NCBI RefSeq assembly: GCF_000172995.2
Contig: NC_014729.1
Coordinates: 330,001-362,000, forward strand
Origin: Halogeometricum borinquense DSM 11551
GTDB lineage: Archaea > Halobacteriota > Halobacteria > Halobacteriales > Haloferacaceae
Reading direction: 5' to 3'
DNA: 32,000 nucleotides
The position numbers and the translations under genes were made by a program. The notes beneath the pieces were generated by a model that was not told the DNA's origin, did not search any database, and saw only the letters and a program-made list of their open reading frames with translations. This document shows, in pieces, positions 1-7,482 of the stretch; position 1 is the first letter of the stretch; each line of letters begins with the position of its first letter.

Positions 1-129
1 TCCGAAACCGGCGCTCGGCGCATTTCGCTCGCTGATCTTTCGGCAGAGCGAGTGTCGGAAGCCGCGGCGTCGGTTCACGACGCTTGATACTCTTCGGCTG
101 CTGACTCCCGTCTTACTATTCCTGACGAA

Positions 130-1344
130 CTACCGCGTCGCCGGACGTGTGTGGAGTCGATACGCGCCGTGGGTGACGCCTTCGTCGTGGTATTCGACGG
201 GTTCCTCGACTACCGCGAGAACGTCGTCACCAACTGCGACTGCCGTCGGGATACCCGCAATCGAATCCGTCTCGACGTGGCCTTCCTCGGCGTCGAACGT
301 GTGGACACCGTGCGTTTCGGCGCTTCGCCGCCGGAAGTTCTGCGCCGACGGGATGATCGCGCGCCCGTCGCTCGATCTGGCTGCGCGGGCGAAGCCACCG
401 TTGCTGTGCGTCCACAGTTGCTCTCCGTTTTCGACCGCGAATGCGGTATGTTCGTCCGGATGTCTTGCGTCCGGGTCGCGCGTCGATTCGGCGAACGTGT
501 TGCCCGTTACGAAGACGGCAACGCCGTCGGCGACGCAGACGTGATTCGGATAGGCGTACACCGTCTCCCCATCGATGTCCTGCTTCGTCGCAAGGTCGAA
601 CCCCCACTGCTCGTGGCCGTCGGAGTCGAGCAGGTAACCGCGTTTGTCACCGTGACAACAGACGGCGATATCGCCGTCCGCGAACGCCACGTCACCGACG
701 CGCCGGTCTTCGTCGGTGTCGGGATCCCACGTCGTGAGAGTGTCGCCAGTTTCGCTATCCAGTACGACGAGACCGTCTTGGTCGGGCTTCGGACACCGGT
801 TGTACGCGACGGCGACGCGGCCGTTCTCGACAGTCAGCGCGATTGGTGAGGCACCGACTCGGTAGCGCCACTGGACTGCTCCGTCGCGGTCGAAGCCGAG
901 GACGACGCTCGACCAGACTCGCTCGTCGCCGTCGCGTTCGTACCGTCTGGCGGCGGCGATTACCCGGTCGTCCGTGACCGCGACATCGACGACGTACGGG
1001 TAGAAAAACAGCGACTCCTTCGTCGCGGTCCCGATGTCGTCGGTCGTCGCGTACTCCCAGCGACGCTCACCCGTCTCCGGGTCTAGCACGCGCAGCGAGC
1101 TATCTTCGCCGCGTTCGCCGACGACGAGGCAGTCGTCGGTTGCGGCCATCGATACGACGCTTGTCGCGCCGTCCGCAGACCACAGTTCGCTGTCGAGAGC
1201 CGAGTCGAACGCGGATACCTGTCCGTCGTTCGTTCCCACGAACACCCGTCCGGCGGCGGCGGCGACGGCGGACCGCGCCCAGTTGTGTCTGCTCGCCGCG
1301 GCTTCGAGGTCGCCCAGTTCAGTTCGGTTCGTGAAGGCGGCCAT
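130..1344 (-). CDS. PQQ-like / BamB-like beta-propeller repeat protein (about 404 aa), last gene of the cobalamin operon
   Basis: The ORF track gives 130..1356. The sequence has repeated G-x-V/L-x-A-x-D-x-x-T/D-G-x-x-x-W units (e.g. GTNDGQVSAFDSALDSELW, VLDPETGERRWEY, VLDSETGDTLTTW, AVENGEQLWT), typical of PQQ-type propeller blades. The first ATG is at 1344. An alternative GTG at 1356 overlaps the upstream stop (1353-1355) by 4 nt. Confidence 0.75.
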   Translation of the reverse strand: MAAFTNRTELGDLEAAASRHNWARSAVAAAAGRVFVGTNDGQVSAFDSALDSELWSADGATSVVSMAATDDCLVVGERGEDSSLRVLDPETGERRWEYATTDDIGTATKESLFFYPYVVDVAVTDDRVIAAARRYERDGDERVWSSVVLGFDRDGAVQWRYRVGASPIALTVENGRVAVAYNRCPKPDQDGLVVLDSETGDTLTTWDPDTDEDRRVGDVAFADGDIAVCCHGDKRGYLLDSDGHEQWGFDLATKQDIDGETVYAYPNHVCVADGVAVFVTGNTFAESTRDPDARHPDEHTAFAVENGEQLWTHSNGGFARAARSSDGRAIIPSAQNFRRRSAETHGVHTFDAEEGHVETDSIAGIPTAVAVGDDVLAVVEEPVEYHDEGVTHGAYRLHTRPATR

Positions 1345-1352
1345 CGAGTCTC

Positions 1353-1730
1353 TCACTCCTCGACCGGGAACGTTTCGTGGAGCGTGTGGTGTGCTTCGCC
1401 GAGGTCTTCGAGGAACGAGTCCGTCTGTCCGCGGAGACGGCTCAGCGTCCGTTGGGCGTCCCGAACAGCGACCACGCGCCCACGGAGGTATCCGGACTGC
1501 GGGTCGTCGTCGTCGGCCTGCATCGCTTCCTCTTCAAGTTCGACGAGCGCGGCGTCGAGATGACGCTGTGCCTCGTCCAGTGTCGATGCTTCGGCCAGCG
1601 CCTGTATCGGGCCGGGTTCGTCCAGATAGCCTTCGAGTTCGGCCTCAGCGTGTTGTTTGACGCCCTCATCGACGGTTCCGGTAATGTTCATCAGTGCGAG
1701 TCGCAGTGCTTCGAGTTCAGCGCATGCCAT
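1353..1730 (-). CDS. Small acidic helical protein (125 aa) of unknown function, conserved cobalamin-operon-type protein (possibly DUF3209-like, from memory)
   Basis: This is the C-terminal part of ORF 1353..1886. I placed the start at the ATG at 1728-1730 (MACAELEALRLALMNITG...), because upstream of it the ORF is Arg-rich and overlaps the cbiX 3' end. It begins 2 nt after the cbiX stop (1733). The composition is acidic with high GC3. Confidence 0.65.
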   Translation of the reverse strand: MACAELEALRLALMNITGTVDEGVKQHAEAELEGYLDEPGPIQALAEASTLDEAQRHLDAALVELEEEAMQADDDDPQSGYLRGRVVAVRDAQRTLSRLRGQTDSFLEDLGEAHHTLHETFPVEE

Positions 1731-1732
1731 GA

Positions 1733-2947
1733 TTAGAGTGATTGGTGTACGAGGTCGGAGACGATGCGGTCCCGTTCGAGGTGGGACGAAACGATGCGTT
1801 CTGTGTCGTCGGGTGTCACGCTCCCGTACCAGATGCTGTCGGGGTAGACGGCGACGATGGGGCCGTCGCCGCACTGCCCCAGACACGAACTCCGCGAGAA
1901 GTGAACGTCGCAGTCGTCCGAATCTCGCGCGTGTTGTCTGAGTTGTTCGAGCACGGTCGCAGCGCCGCTTGCGGCACAGGTCTGGTTCGTACAGACGGCA
2001 ACGTGTTTTGCGGGCGCATCGTGGACGTGCGGGTCGTCGTCCACGTCGCTGCGGTCGGCGTGTTCGGCCTGATGGACGAGCGAGCGGAGCATCGCCCGCG
2101 CGCCGCCTTGGTCGTCTTCGTACCCCGACAGTTCGACTTTGTACTTGCAGGTGTCACACGACATCTCGACGCTTCCGGAGCGCGCTTCCTGACAGCGGTC
2201 CGCGAGTACGTCCACGAGTCGTTCGTCGGTTCCGAGCGGGCCGGACGCGCCGGCACGAACGTACGGATATTCGTCATCGAACGTCTCCGCCGTATCGATG
2301 ATCCGCTGCGTCAGGACGCCGTCACCGAGCATGTAGGGGACGACGACGACCGCGTCCGGTCGGTCCTTTGCGACGCTGTGGAGCGTGTCTTCGAGTCGGG
2401 GCGACGTGACGCCGATGAACGACGGTTCGACGCGAGTGAACTCGCGGCCTTCGTACAGCAGCCGCGAAAGCTTGTGTACGTCGCCGTTGGAGTCCGGGTC
2501 GCTCGACCCGCGAGCGCACAGCACCACGGCCACGTCGTCGTTGTCTCGGTCAACTCCGAGATCGGATTCGACAGTCCGGATGCGGTCATCGAGCAGGTCC
2601 ACAATCGACGGATGGATTCCGAGATGCGACCCGAAGTGGAACGTCACGTCATCGTACTTCGTCCGGGCGGTCTGAACCGCCATCGGCACGTCGTTTTTGA
2701 CGTGGCTGGCGGCGAACAACGACAGCGGGATCACCGTCAGCGTCCGACAGGTCGGTGCCAACGTCTCGATAGCGTCCTCGATTGACGGCTCAGCAAGCTC
2801 GATATACGCCGCATCGACGGGTACGGACAGTTCGGTTTCCAGTTTACCGGCGAGTGTCCGAACCTGTTCGTTCGACTTCTCCCGGCGCGACCCGTGTCCG
2901 ACGAGGAGTATCGCGTCGTCGTCGAGTGAGGGCTGCTCGGTACGCAT
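1733..2947 (-). CDS. cbiX: Sirohydrochlorin cobaltochelatase CbiX (double CbiX domain) fused to a His-rich linker and a C-terminal thioredoxin-like [2Fe-2S] ferredoxin domain
   Basis: AILLVGHGSRREKSNEQV and VVLCARGSSDPDSNGDV are the two CbiX-type half-domains. CDTC plus the His-rich segment HQAEHADRSDVDDDPHVHDAPAKH follow. The C-terminus carries CTNQTC...CLGQCGDGPIVAVYP (CX4C...CX3C). I placed the start at the ATG at 2945-2947 (MRTEQPSLDDD). This overlaps the upstream stop (2947-2949) by 1 nt. The longer ORF-track start (3037) would overlap the upstream gene by 91 nt. Confidence 0.88.
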   Translation of the reverse strand: MRTEQPSLDDDAILLVGHGSRREKSNEQVRTLAGKLETELSVPVDAAYIELAEPSIEDAIETLAPTCRTLTVIPLSLFAASHVKNDVPMAVQTARTKYDDVTFHFGSHLGIHPSIVDLLDDRIRTVESDLGVDRDNDDVAVVLCARGSSDPDSNGDVHKLSRLLYEGREFTRVEPSFIGVTSPRLEDTLHSVAKDRPDAVVVVPYMLGDGVLTQRIIDTAETFDDEYPYVRAGASGPLGTDERLVDVLADRCQEARSGSVEMSCDTCKYKVELSGYEDDQGGARAMLRSLVHQAEHADRSDVDDDPHVHDAPAKHVAVCTNQTCAASGAATVLEQLRQHARDSDDCDVHFSRSSCLGQCGDGPIVAVYPDSIWYGSVTPDDTERIVSSHLERDRIVSDLVHQSL

Positions 2948-3615
2948 CAGTTTTCGGCCTGTTCGAGGCTTCGTGTCAGCTTCTGTCGTCGTGTCGGTGC
3001 GAACAGGTTCGTCTCGTCGCTTCCGTCGTAGACCCACGTGCCGAACGGGGCCGCCGCGTCGTCGTCGAGACCGAACCAGTAGCCGCCGGACGAGGTTTCA
3101 CTAATTTCGCCCGTCGGCGCGTCAACCGGGCAGGCGTCGAGCAGGCTATCAACCGTCTCCAGCAGTTTCCGGTCATCGTGGACAAACGAGATGCCGACCG
3201 TCCCGCTGGACGACTTGAAACAGACGGTTCCGCAACTTTCGAGGAGTCCGCGGAGGAGTTGCCGCTGAAATTCTTCGAACACGTCGAATCGGTAGCCTCC
3301 GGCGTCGTCACCGACTGGAAGCCCGAACGCCGCAGTCGCGTTCGAGACAACGTCACCCTCGACCGTCACGAGATACTCGTCTTTTGTCCGGGTGACTGCG
3401 GTGTTGTGTGCGTAGGGCCGCTCGGTCTCCCGCTGGTCGATGTCGCCGCCGCCAGCGATAGCCGCGAGGCGGTCCGCACACGTCTCGTCGTTCGTACTGA
3501 TCGTGAACTCGCCCGGCTGAATGTCGCCGCTTCCTGCGACGTGTCCCCAGAGATAGGCTGTCTCGGGTGCGCCCTTCAGGAGATCCGACGCGGGTTCGAT
3601 GTCAGTGTCGCTCAT
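2947..3615 (-). CDS. Uncharacterised cobalamin-operon protein, 222 aa, with two degenerate LAGLIDADG-like motifs
   Basis: The ORF is acidic with good GC3. A 4-nt ATGA overlap joins it to the upstream ferredoxin gene and a 1-nt overlap joins it to cbiX. The motifs are AYLWGHVAGSGDIQPGEFTIST and QLLRGLLESCGTVCFKSSSGTVGISFVHDDRKLLETVDSLL. No methylase, chelatase or reductase signature was recognised. Confidence 0.8.
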   Translation of the reverse strand: MSDTDIEPASDLLKGAPETAYLWGHVAGSGDIQPGEFTISTNDETCADRLAAIAGGGDIDQRETERPYAHNTAVTRTKDEYLVTVEGDVVSNATAAFGLPVGDDAGGYRFDVFEEFQRQLLRGLLESCGTVCFKSSSGTVGISFVHDDRKLLETVDSLLDACPVDAPTGEISETSSGGYWFGLDDDAAAPFGTWVYDGSDETNLFAPTRRQKLTRSLEQAEN

Positions 3616-3863
3616 GTGTCTACCTCTCGAACCGTAATTGCGTCAGGTGGACACGCCTGCGCCGCCAGCTGCGCGTCATCGATATTTCCTTCGACCGTCG
3701 CGACGACGCTGTTTCGCTCGTCGTCGCGTGCGACTTCAATGACGCCCTCGGCGTCCGCATCAATCGTTGCGAGTCCCGTTTCGTCTTCGACGAATCGGCC
3801 GTCGCGGGCGAGACACGCGAAGATGCCGTCGCAGGCCGTCCGGTCGATTTCGATTTCGAACAT
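3612..3863 (-). CDS. Small ferredoxin (83 aa), single-cluster 4Fe-4S/3Fe-4S type
   Basis: MFEIEIDRTACDGIFACLARDG...AAQACPPDAITV has the C-x(2,5)-C...CP pattern of small bacterial-type ferredoxins. It starts 1 nt after the cbiH stop and is therefore in the operon. Confidence 0.8.
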   Translation of the reverse strand: MFEIEIDRTACDGIFACLARDGRFVEDETGLATIDADAEGVIEVARDDERNSVVATVEGNIDDAQLAAQACPPDAITVREVDT

Positions 3864-3864
3864 C

Positions 3865-4827
3865 TCAGTACTCGTATTTTTGCTCGTAGCCGCGGGGGGT
3901 CACCATCCGGCCGTCCCAGACGTAGGTCTCCTCGTTGCCGACGAGTAGCGTCGTCGTCATGTCTATGAGGTCCGTTTCGCCGAGTTCGGGAAGGTCTTGG
4001 AGTTCGACGATTTCGACTTCCTCGTCCTCGCGGCCCGCGCCGTGGACGATACCGACCGGCGTCTCGGGGTCGCGGTGTTCGAGCAGAATCTCGCAACACT
4101 TCTCGTAGTTCGACCGCCGCTTGCGACTCCACGGGTTGTAGATGACGATGGTGAAGCCCTCTTTTGCGGCCGAGTGCAGGCGAGATTCGATGGTCGGCAT
4201 CGACGTCAGGTGATCCGAGAGGCTGATGGTGACCGTGTCGTTCACCAAGGGCGCACCCAGTCGTGCGGCACAGGACTGTGCGGCGGGGACGCCAGCAACC
4301 ACGTCGAAATCGACCATGCTTGCGGTCGCACCTTTCGATTCGAGGATTTCGAGTGCAAGCCCAGCCAGCGCGTAGACGTTCGGGTCGCCGCTCCCGACGA
4401 TTGCCACGTCGTTGCCGGCGAGCGTTCGGTCGATTGCCTCCTCGGTCCGGGAGACTTCGCCACACATCGGCGTCGAGTAGATGTCCTCGGCACCCTCGAC
4501 GATGTCGTCGGGGAGGAGTTCGATGTACGTCGTGTAACCAACGATGTGTTCTGCGTCTCGGAGCGTCTCTTTCGCCAGCGTCGTCATCTCACTCGCTCGG
4601 CCGGGACCGAGGCCGACCGCGACGAGTTGGCCCGGTTCGGCGTCGAAGTCCTCGACGGTCGCTTCGACCTTCTCGTCAGTCTGTTCTTTCTTCGAACTCC
4701 CGCATTTGGAACTTGACGAGGTGTCCTTCGATTTCGAGGACCCACCGCACTTCGAGGTTGTTTCTTCGCTCGATTCGCTCGTCTTTCCGCCGCACTTCGA
4801 TTCGGATTGTGTGTTACTTTCGCTCAT
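3865..4827 (-). CDS. cbiH: Cobalt-factor III / precorrin-3B C17-methyltransferase CbiH with a roughly 60-aa Ser/Lys/Cys-rich N-terminal extension
   Basis: The tetrapyrrole methylase fold is indicated by LVAVGLGPGRASEMT, IVGYTTYIELL, VGSGDPNVYA, VVAGVPAAQSCAARLGAPL, TISLSDHL, IVIYNP and MVTPRGY. The N-terminus MSESNTQSESKCGGKTSESSEETTSKCGGSSKSKDTSSSSKCGSSKK precedes the methylase core. Confidence 0.9.
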   Translation of the reverse strand: MSESNTQSESKCGGKTSESSEETTSKCGGSSKSKDTSSSSKCGSSKKEQTDEKVEATVEDFDAEPGQLVAVGLGPGRASEMTTLAKETLRDAEHIVGYTTYIELLPDDIVEGAEDIYSTPMCGEVSRTEEAIDRTLAGNDVAIVGSGDPNVYALAGLALEILESKGATASMVDFDVVAGVPAAQSCAARLGAPLVNDTVTISLSDHLTSMPTIESRLHSAAKEGFTIVIYNPWSRKRRSNYEKCCEILLEHRDPETPVGIVHGAGREDEEVEIVELQDLPELGETDLIDMTTTLLVGNEETYVWDGRMVTPRGYEQKYEY

Positions 4828-4829
4828 GA

Positions 4830-5681
4830 TTAGAAGTCGTCAACGTCGCGCCCGCCGCGGGGCGTGACGAGGTACGTTTCGTAGTCGTTACTCCACGGTT
4901 CGGTCTCGTGCGTGCCGATGAGAATCGACGTTCCCATTCCGCCGACGTCGTCGTCGTGCGACTTCGCGTCGCCGAGAGTCGTAATCGAGAACGTCTCGTC
5001 GTCCAGATTTCGACCCGCCTCGCCGCGACCGGCGTCGTTGAAGATGCCGACCGGAACATCGTCGGCGCGTTCTTCGCGGACGATGTCGATAGCGCGGGTG
5101 TAGTTCCGCCAGCAGTTGTACAGGACGATGACGAAGTTGCTGATGGCGGCCGCGCGCAGTTTCTCCTCGATTTCGTCCCACCCGCGCCACTTGTCGGACA
5201 GCGAAATCGTACAGAAGTCGTTCGACAGCGGCGCGCCCATCATCGCCGCGCCGCCGAGTGCCGCGGTCACGCCGGGGACGATTTCGATTGGAACGTCCGT
5301 CGCGTCGTCGGATTCCGCCATCGTGAACACGAGGTCGGACTTGCCGTAGACGTTCGGGTCACCGCCGGAGACGTGCGCCACGTCCTCGCCGTCTCGAACT
5401 CGCTCGAAGGCTTCGCGGGTCAGTTCGACCTGTTGGCCCATCGAGGAACGGACGACTTCCGGGCCGTCGTCGCTGTCTTCTGGCGGAAGCGTCCCATCGT
5501 CGCGGAGGAATTCCTGATAGAGATTCGAGGCGACGACGCAATCGGAAGTCTGGATGACTTCCTTGGCACGCTGGGTCATGTGATCCGGGAGACCGGGACC
5601 GATGCCGACGACGTAGAGTGTTCCGTAGTCGTCGGGGACTTCCGCGTGGCTGTCTGTCGTCGTCTCCGCGCCTTCGCTCAT
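4830..5681 (-). CDS. cbiH: Second CbiH-like tetrapyrrole methyltransferase (paralog, 283 aa)
   Basis: Motifs are LYVVGIGPGLPDHMT, VSGGDPNVYG, IVPGVTAALGGAAMMGAPL, TISLSDKW, IVLYNCW and LVTPRGG. It shares the ISLSD / TPRG CbiH-type signatures but is divergent. It overlaps cbiG by 4 nt and lies 2 nt upstream of the other cbiH. Confidence 0.85.
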   Translation of the reverse strand: MSEGAETTTDSHAEVPDDYGTLYVVGIGPGLPDHMTQRAKEVIQTSDCVVASNLYQEFLRDDGTLPPEDSDDGPEVVRSSMGQQVELTREAFERVRDGEDVAHVSGGDPNVYGKSDLVFTMAESDDATDVPIEIVPGVTAALGGAAMMGAPLSNDFCTISLSDKWRGWDEIEEKLRAAAISNFVIVLYNCWRNYTRAIDIVREERADDVPVGIFNDAGRGEAGRNLDDETFSITTLGDAKSHDDDVGGMGTSILIGTHETEPWSNDYETYLVTPRGGRDVDDF

Positions 5682-6640
5682 CGTCCCACCGCCACGGTCA
5701 CCGCGTCGTCGTAGCGCTGCTTTTCGACAATGAGTTCGTGGTCGCGGCCGCCGGCAATCGCGCTCGCTTCAGCAATTCCCGGCCAGCCGATGAGTTCCTT
5801 CGACCGCGACGGCGTCGGTCCCTCGAACTCGGTGAGCGTCTCCTTCTCGAAGTAGACGACGCCCGCATCGATTTCTTGGGCGGCGTCGAGCATGCCGGGT
5901 TCGTCGGCCTTTCGCGTGCCGGTGGCGACGAAGTCAACGTCGTCCCAGTCGCAGTCGGCGTCGTCGAGTGCGCGTTCCCACGCGGTCAGGAACTGCTCTT
6001 TCTTCGCGCCGGAGACGCTGCCGGTGCCGAGGACGACGCCGTCGTCGCCGTTTCGCTTGAGAACGGTCACGTCGTCATCGACGAGGACGGCTTTCGGTCC
6101 GTCGAGTCGGGCCACTGGGCCGAGTTCGTCGTTGAGGACGGCGAGGTTCGTCGCAACGGTCGAATCGCCGTTGACGACGTGTGTGTCGAGCGCCTTCGCC
6201 TTGCTCTCGACACCCTGCTTTCCGGCCGCCTCGGAGGCGGTCGTCATCGCCGGCACCGCGCCGAGTTTCGAGAGGTCGTAGGCGACCTGATTCGCGCCGT
6301 GATGTCCGCCGGTGAGCGGAATCGCCCACGTGAGTTCTTCGTCTACGACGACGACCGCGGGGTCTTCCCACTTGTCGTCGAGGAGGCCGGCGGTCTTTCG
6401 CATGGCAATCCCGCTGGCCATCAGGCCGACGAAACAGTCGTATTCGCCCCAATGCTCGGCGAACACGTCGCCGTGGTAGGTGAGGATGTCTATCCTGTCG
6501 TAGTCGTCCGCGAGGTCCCGCTTGATCTCTTCGGCCGTCTCCAGTTTCCGTTCGAAACTGACGATAGCAATCTCGCGGGCGACTTCTCCGTCGCTGTCCG
6601 GTGTACTACAGTGTCCGCTTCCGGAATCAGAATCACTCAT
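5678..6640 (-). CDS. cbiG: Cobalt-precorrin-5A hydrolase CbiG
   Basis: Motifs are FVGLMASGIAMRKTAGLLDDKWEDPAVVVVDE and IPLTGGHHGAN, with a C-terminal ...IGWPGIAEASAI domain. It has 4-nt overlaps with cbiF and the cbiH paralog. Confidence 0.9.
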   Translation of the reverse strand: MSDSDSGSGHCSTPDSDGEVAREIAIVSFERKLETAEEIKRDLADDYDRIDILTYHGDVFAEHWGEYDCFVGLMASGIAMRKTAGLLDDKWEDPAVVVVDEELTWAIPLTGGHHGANQVAYDLSKLGAVPAMTTASEAAGKQGVESKAKALDTHVVNGDSTVATNLAVLNDELGPVARLDGPKAVLVDDDVTVLKRNGDDGVVLGTGSVSGAKKEQFLTAWERALDDADCDWDDVDFVATGTRKADEPGMLDAAQEIDAGVVYFEKETLTEFEGPTPSRSKELIGWPGIAEASAIAGGRDHELIVEKQRYDDAVTVAVGR

Positions 6641-7482
6641 TGTGTATCACGCTCCTGTGTTTCAGAATCGTCGCCGTCGTTCGGCGCGTCACCACCGCGA
6701 GCCCAGTCGCCGTAGAGGAACGACCGCTCGTAGTCTGAGCCGGTGACCGCCTCGCCAATCATCACGAGTGCCGAAGCCCGATAGCCGGCTTCGGACACCT
6801 TCTGGCCAATCGTCTCGATGGTACCTTCGATAACGTCCTCGTCCGGCCACGAGGCGTGGTAGACGACCGCGACCGGCGTCTCGGGGTCGTGTCCCTCGTC
6901 CAGCAGTCGGTCCATCGTTTCTTCAACGGCGTGCGTCCCGAGGTAGATACACACCGTCGTGTCGCCGAAGCCGACGAAGTCGCTGATGTGGTCTTCTTCG
7001 GCAGAGAGCGTCCGACCCTGTGGCCGGGTAAAGACGACGTGATTTGCGACTTCGTTCAGCGTCAACTGCGTTCTGAGCGTCGCGCTCGCGGCGAATGCGG
7101 AGGTGACGCCCGGAACGAGGTACGTCGGCACGCCCTCGGATTCCAGCGCGTCCATCTGTTCGAGCGCCGCACCGTATACCGCCGGGTCGCCGCTGTGAAG
7201 ACGGACGACCGTCTCGCCGGATTCGTAAGCGTCGGCCATCAGCGGAATCAGCTCTTCGAGGTCCTTGCCGACGCTGTTGACCTGCTCGGCGTGGTCACAG
7301 TACTCGTCGAGGAGTTCGCTGTTGACGAGCGACCCGGCGTGAACGACGAGGTCTGCTTCTTCGACGAGTCGCCGCCCCGCGACCGTAAGCAGTTCAGGGT
7401 CGCCCGGCCCGGCACCGACGAAGGGAATCCCCTCCTTGTCGGTGAAGCCGGTGTCTGCGTCGCCGTCGACGGGGTCGCTCAT
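6637..7482 (-). CDS. cbiF: Cobalt-precorrin-4 C11-methyltransferase CbiF
   Basis: Motifs are FVGAGPGDPELLTVAGRRLVEEADLVVHAGSLV, VVRLHSGDPAVYGA and LVPGVTSAFAASA. Confidence 0.9.
   Translation of the reverse strand: MSDPVDGDADTGFTDKEGIPFVGAGPGDPELLTVAGRRLVEEADLVVHAGSLVNSELLDEYCDHAEQVNSVGKDLEELIPLMADAYESGETVVRLHSGDPAVYGAALEQMDALESEGVPTYLVPGVTSAFAASATLRTQLTLNEVANHVVFTRPQGRTLSAEEDHISDFVGFGDTTVCIYLGTHAVEETMDRLLDEGHDPETPVAVVYHASWPDEDVIEGTIETIGQKVSEAGYRASALVMIGEAVTGSDYERSFLYGDWARGGDAPNDGDDSETQERDTQ

Noticed and set aside
1-129. Possible 3' end of a plus-strand gene (frame 1 open to TGA at 85-87)
   Set aside because: Only 28 codons are present, GC3 is mixed and there is no recognisable motif, so a call cannot be supported.
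1742-3948. Long plus-strand ORFs (1742..2785, 2782..3948 and several shorter ones) opposite cbiX, the 222-aa gene and the ferredoxin gene
   Set aside because: They are Arg/Ser/Val-rich and non-acidic with no recognisable motifs. They lie antisense to genes with clear family signatures. These are typical shadow ORFs of GC-rich DNA.
3620-6715. ORFs 3620..4465 (minus strand), 3997..4716 (plus), 4908..5714 (plus) and 5618..6715 (plus) overlapping cbiH, its paralog and cbiG
   Set aside because: They are out-of-frame or antisense shadows, extremely Arg-rich. The overlapping frames carry the real methylase and CbiG motifs.
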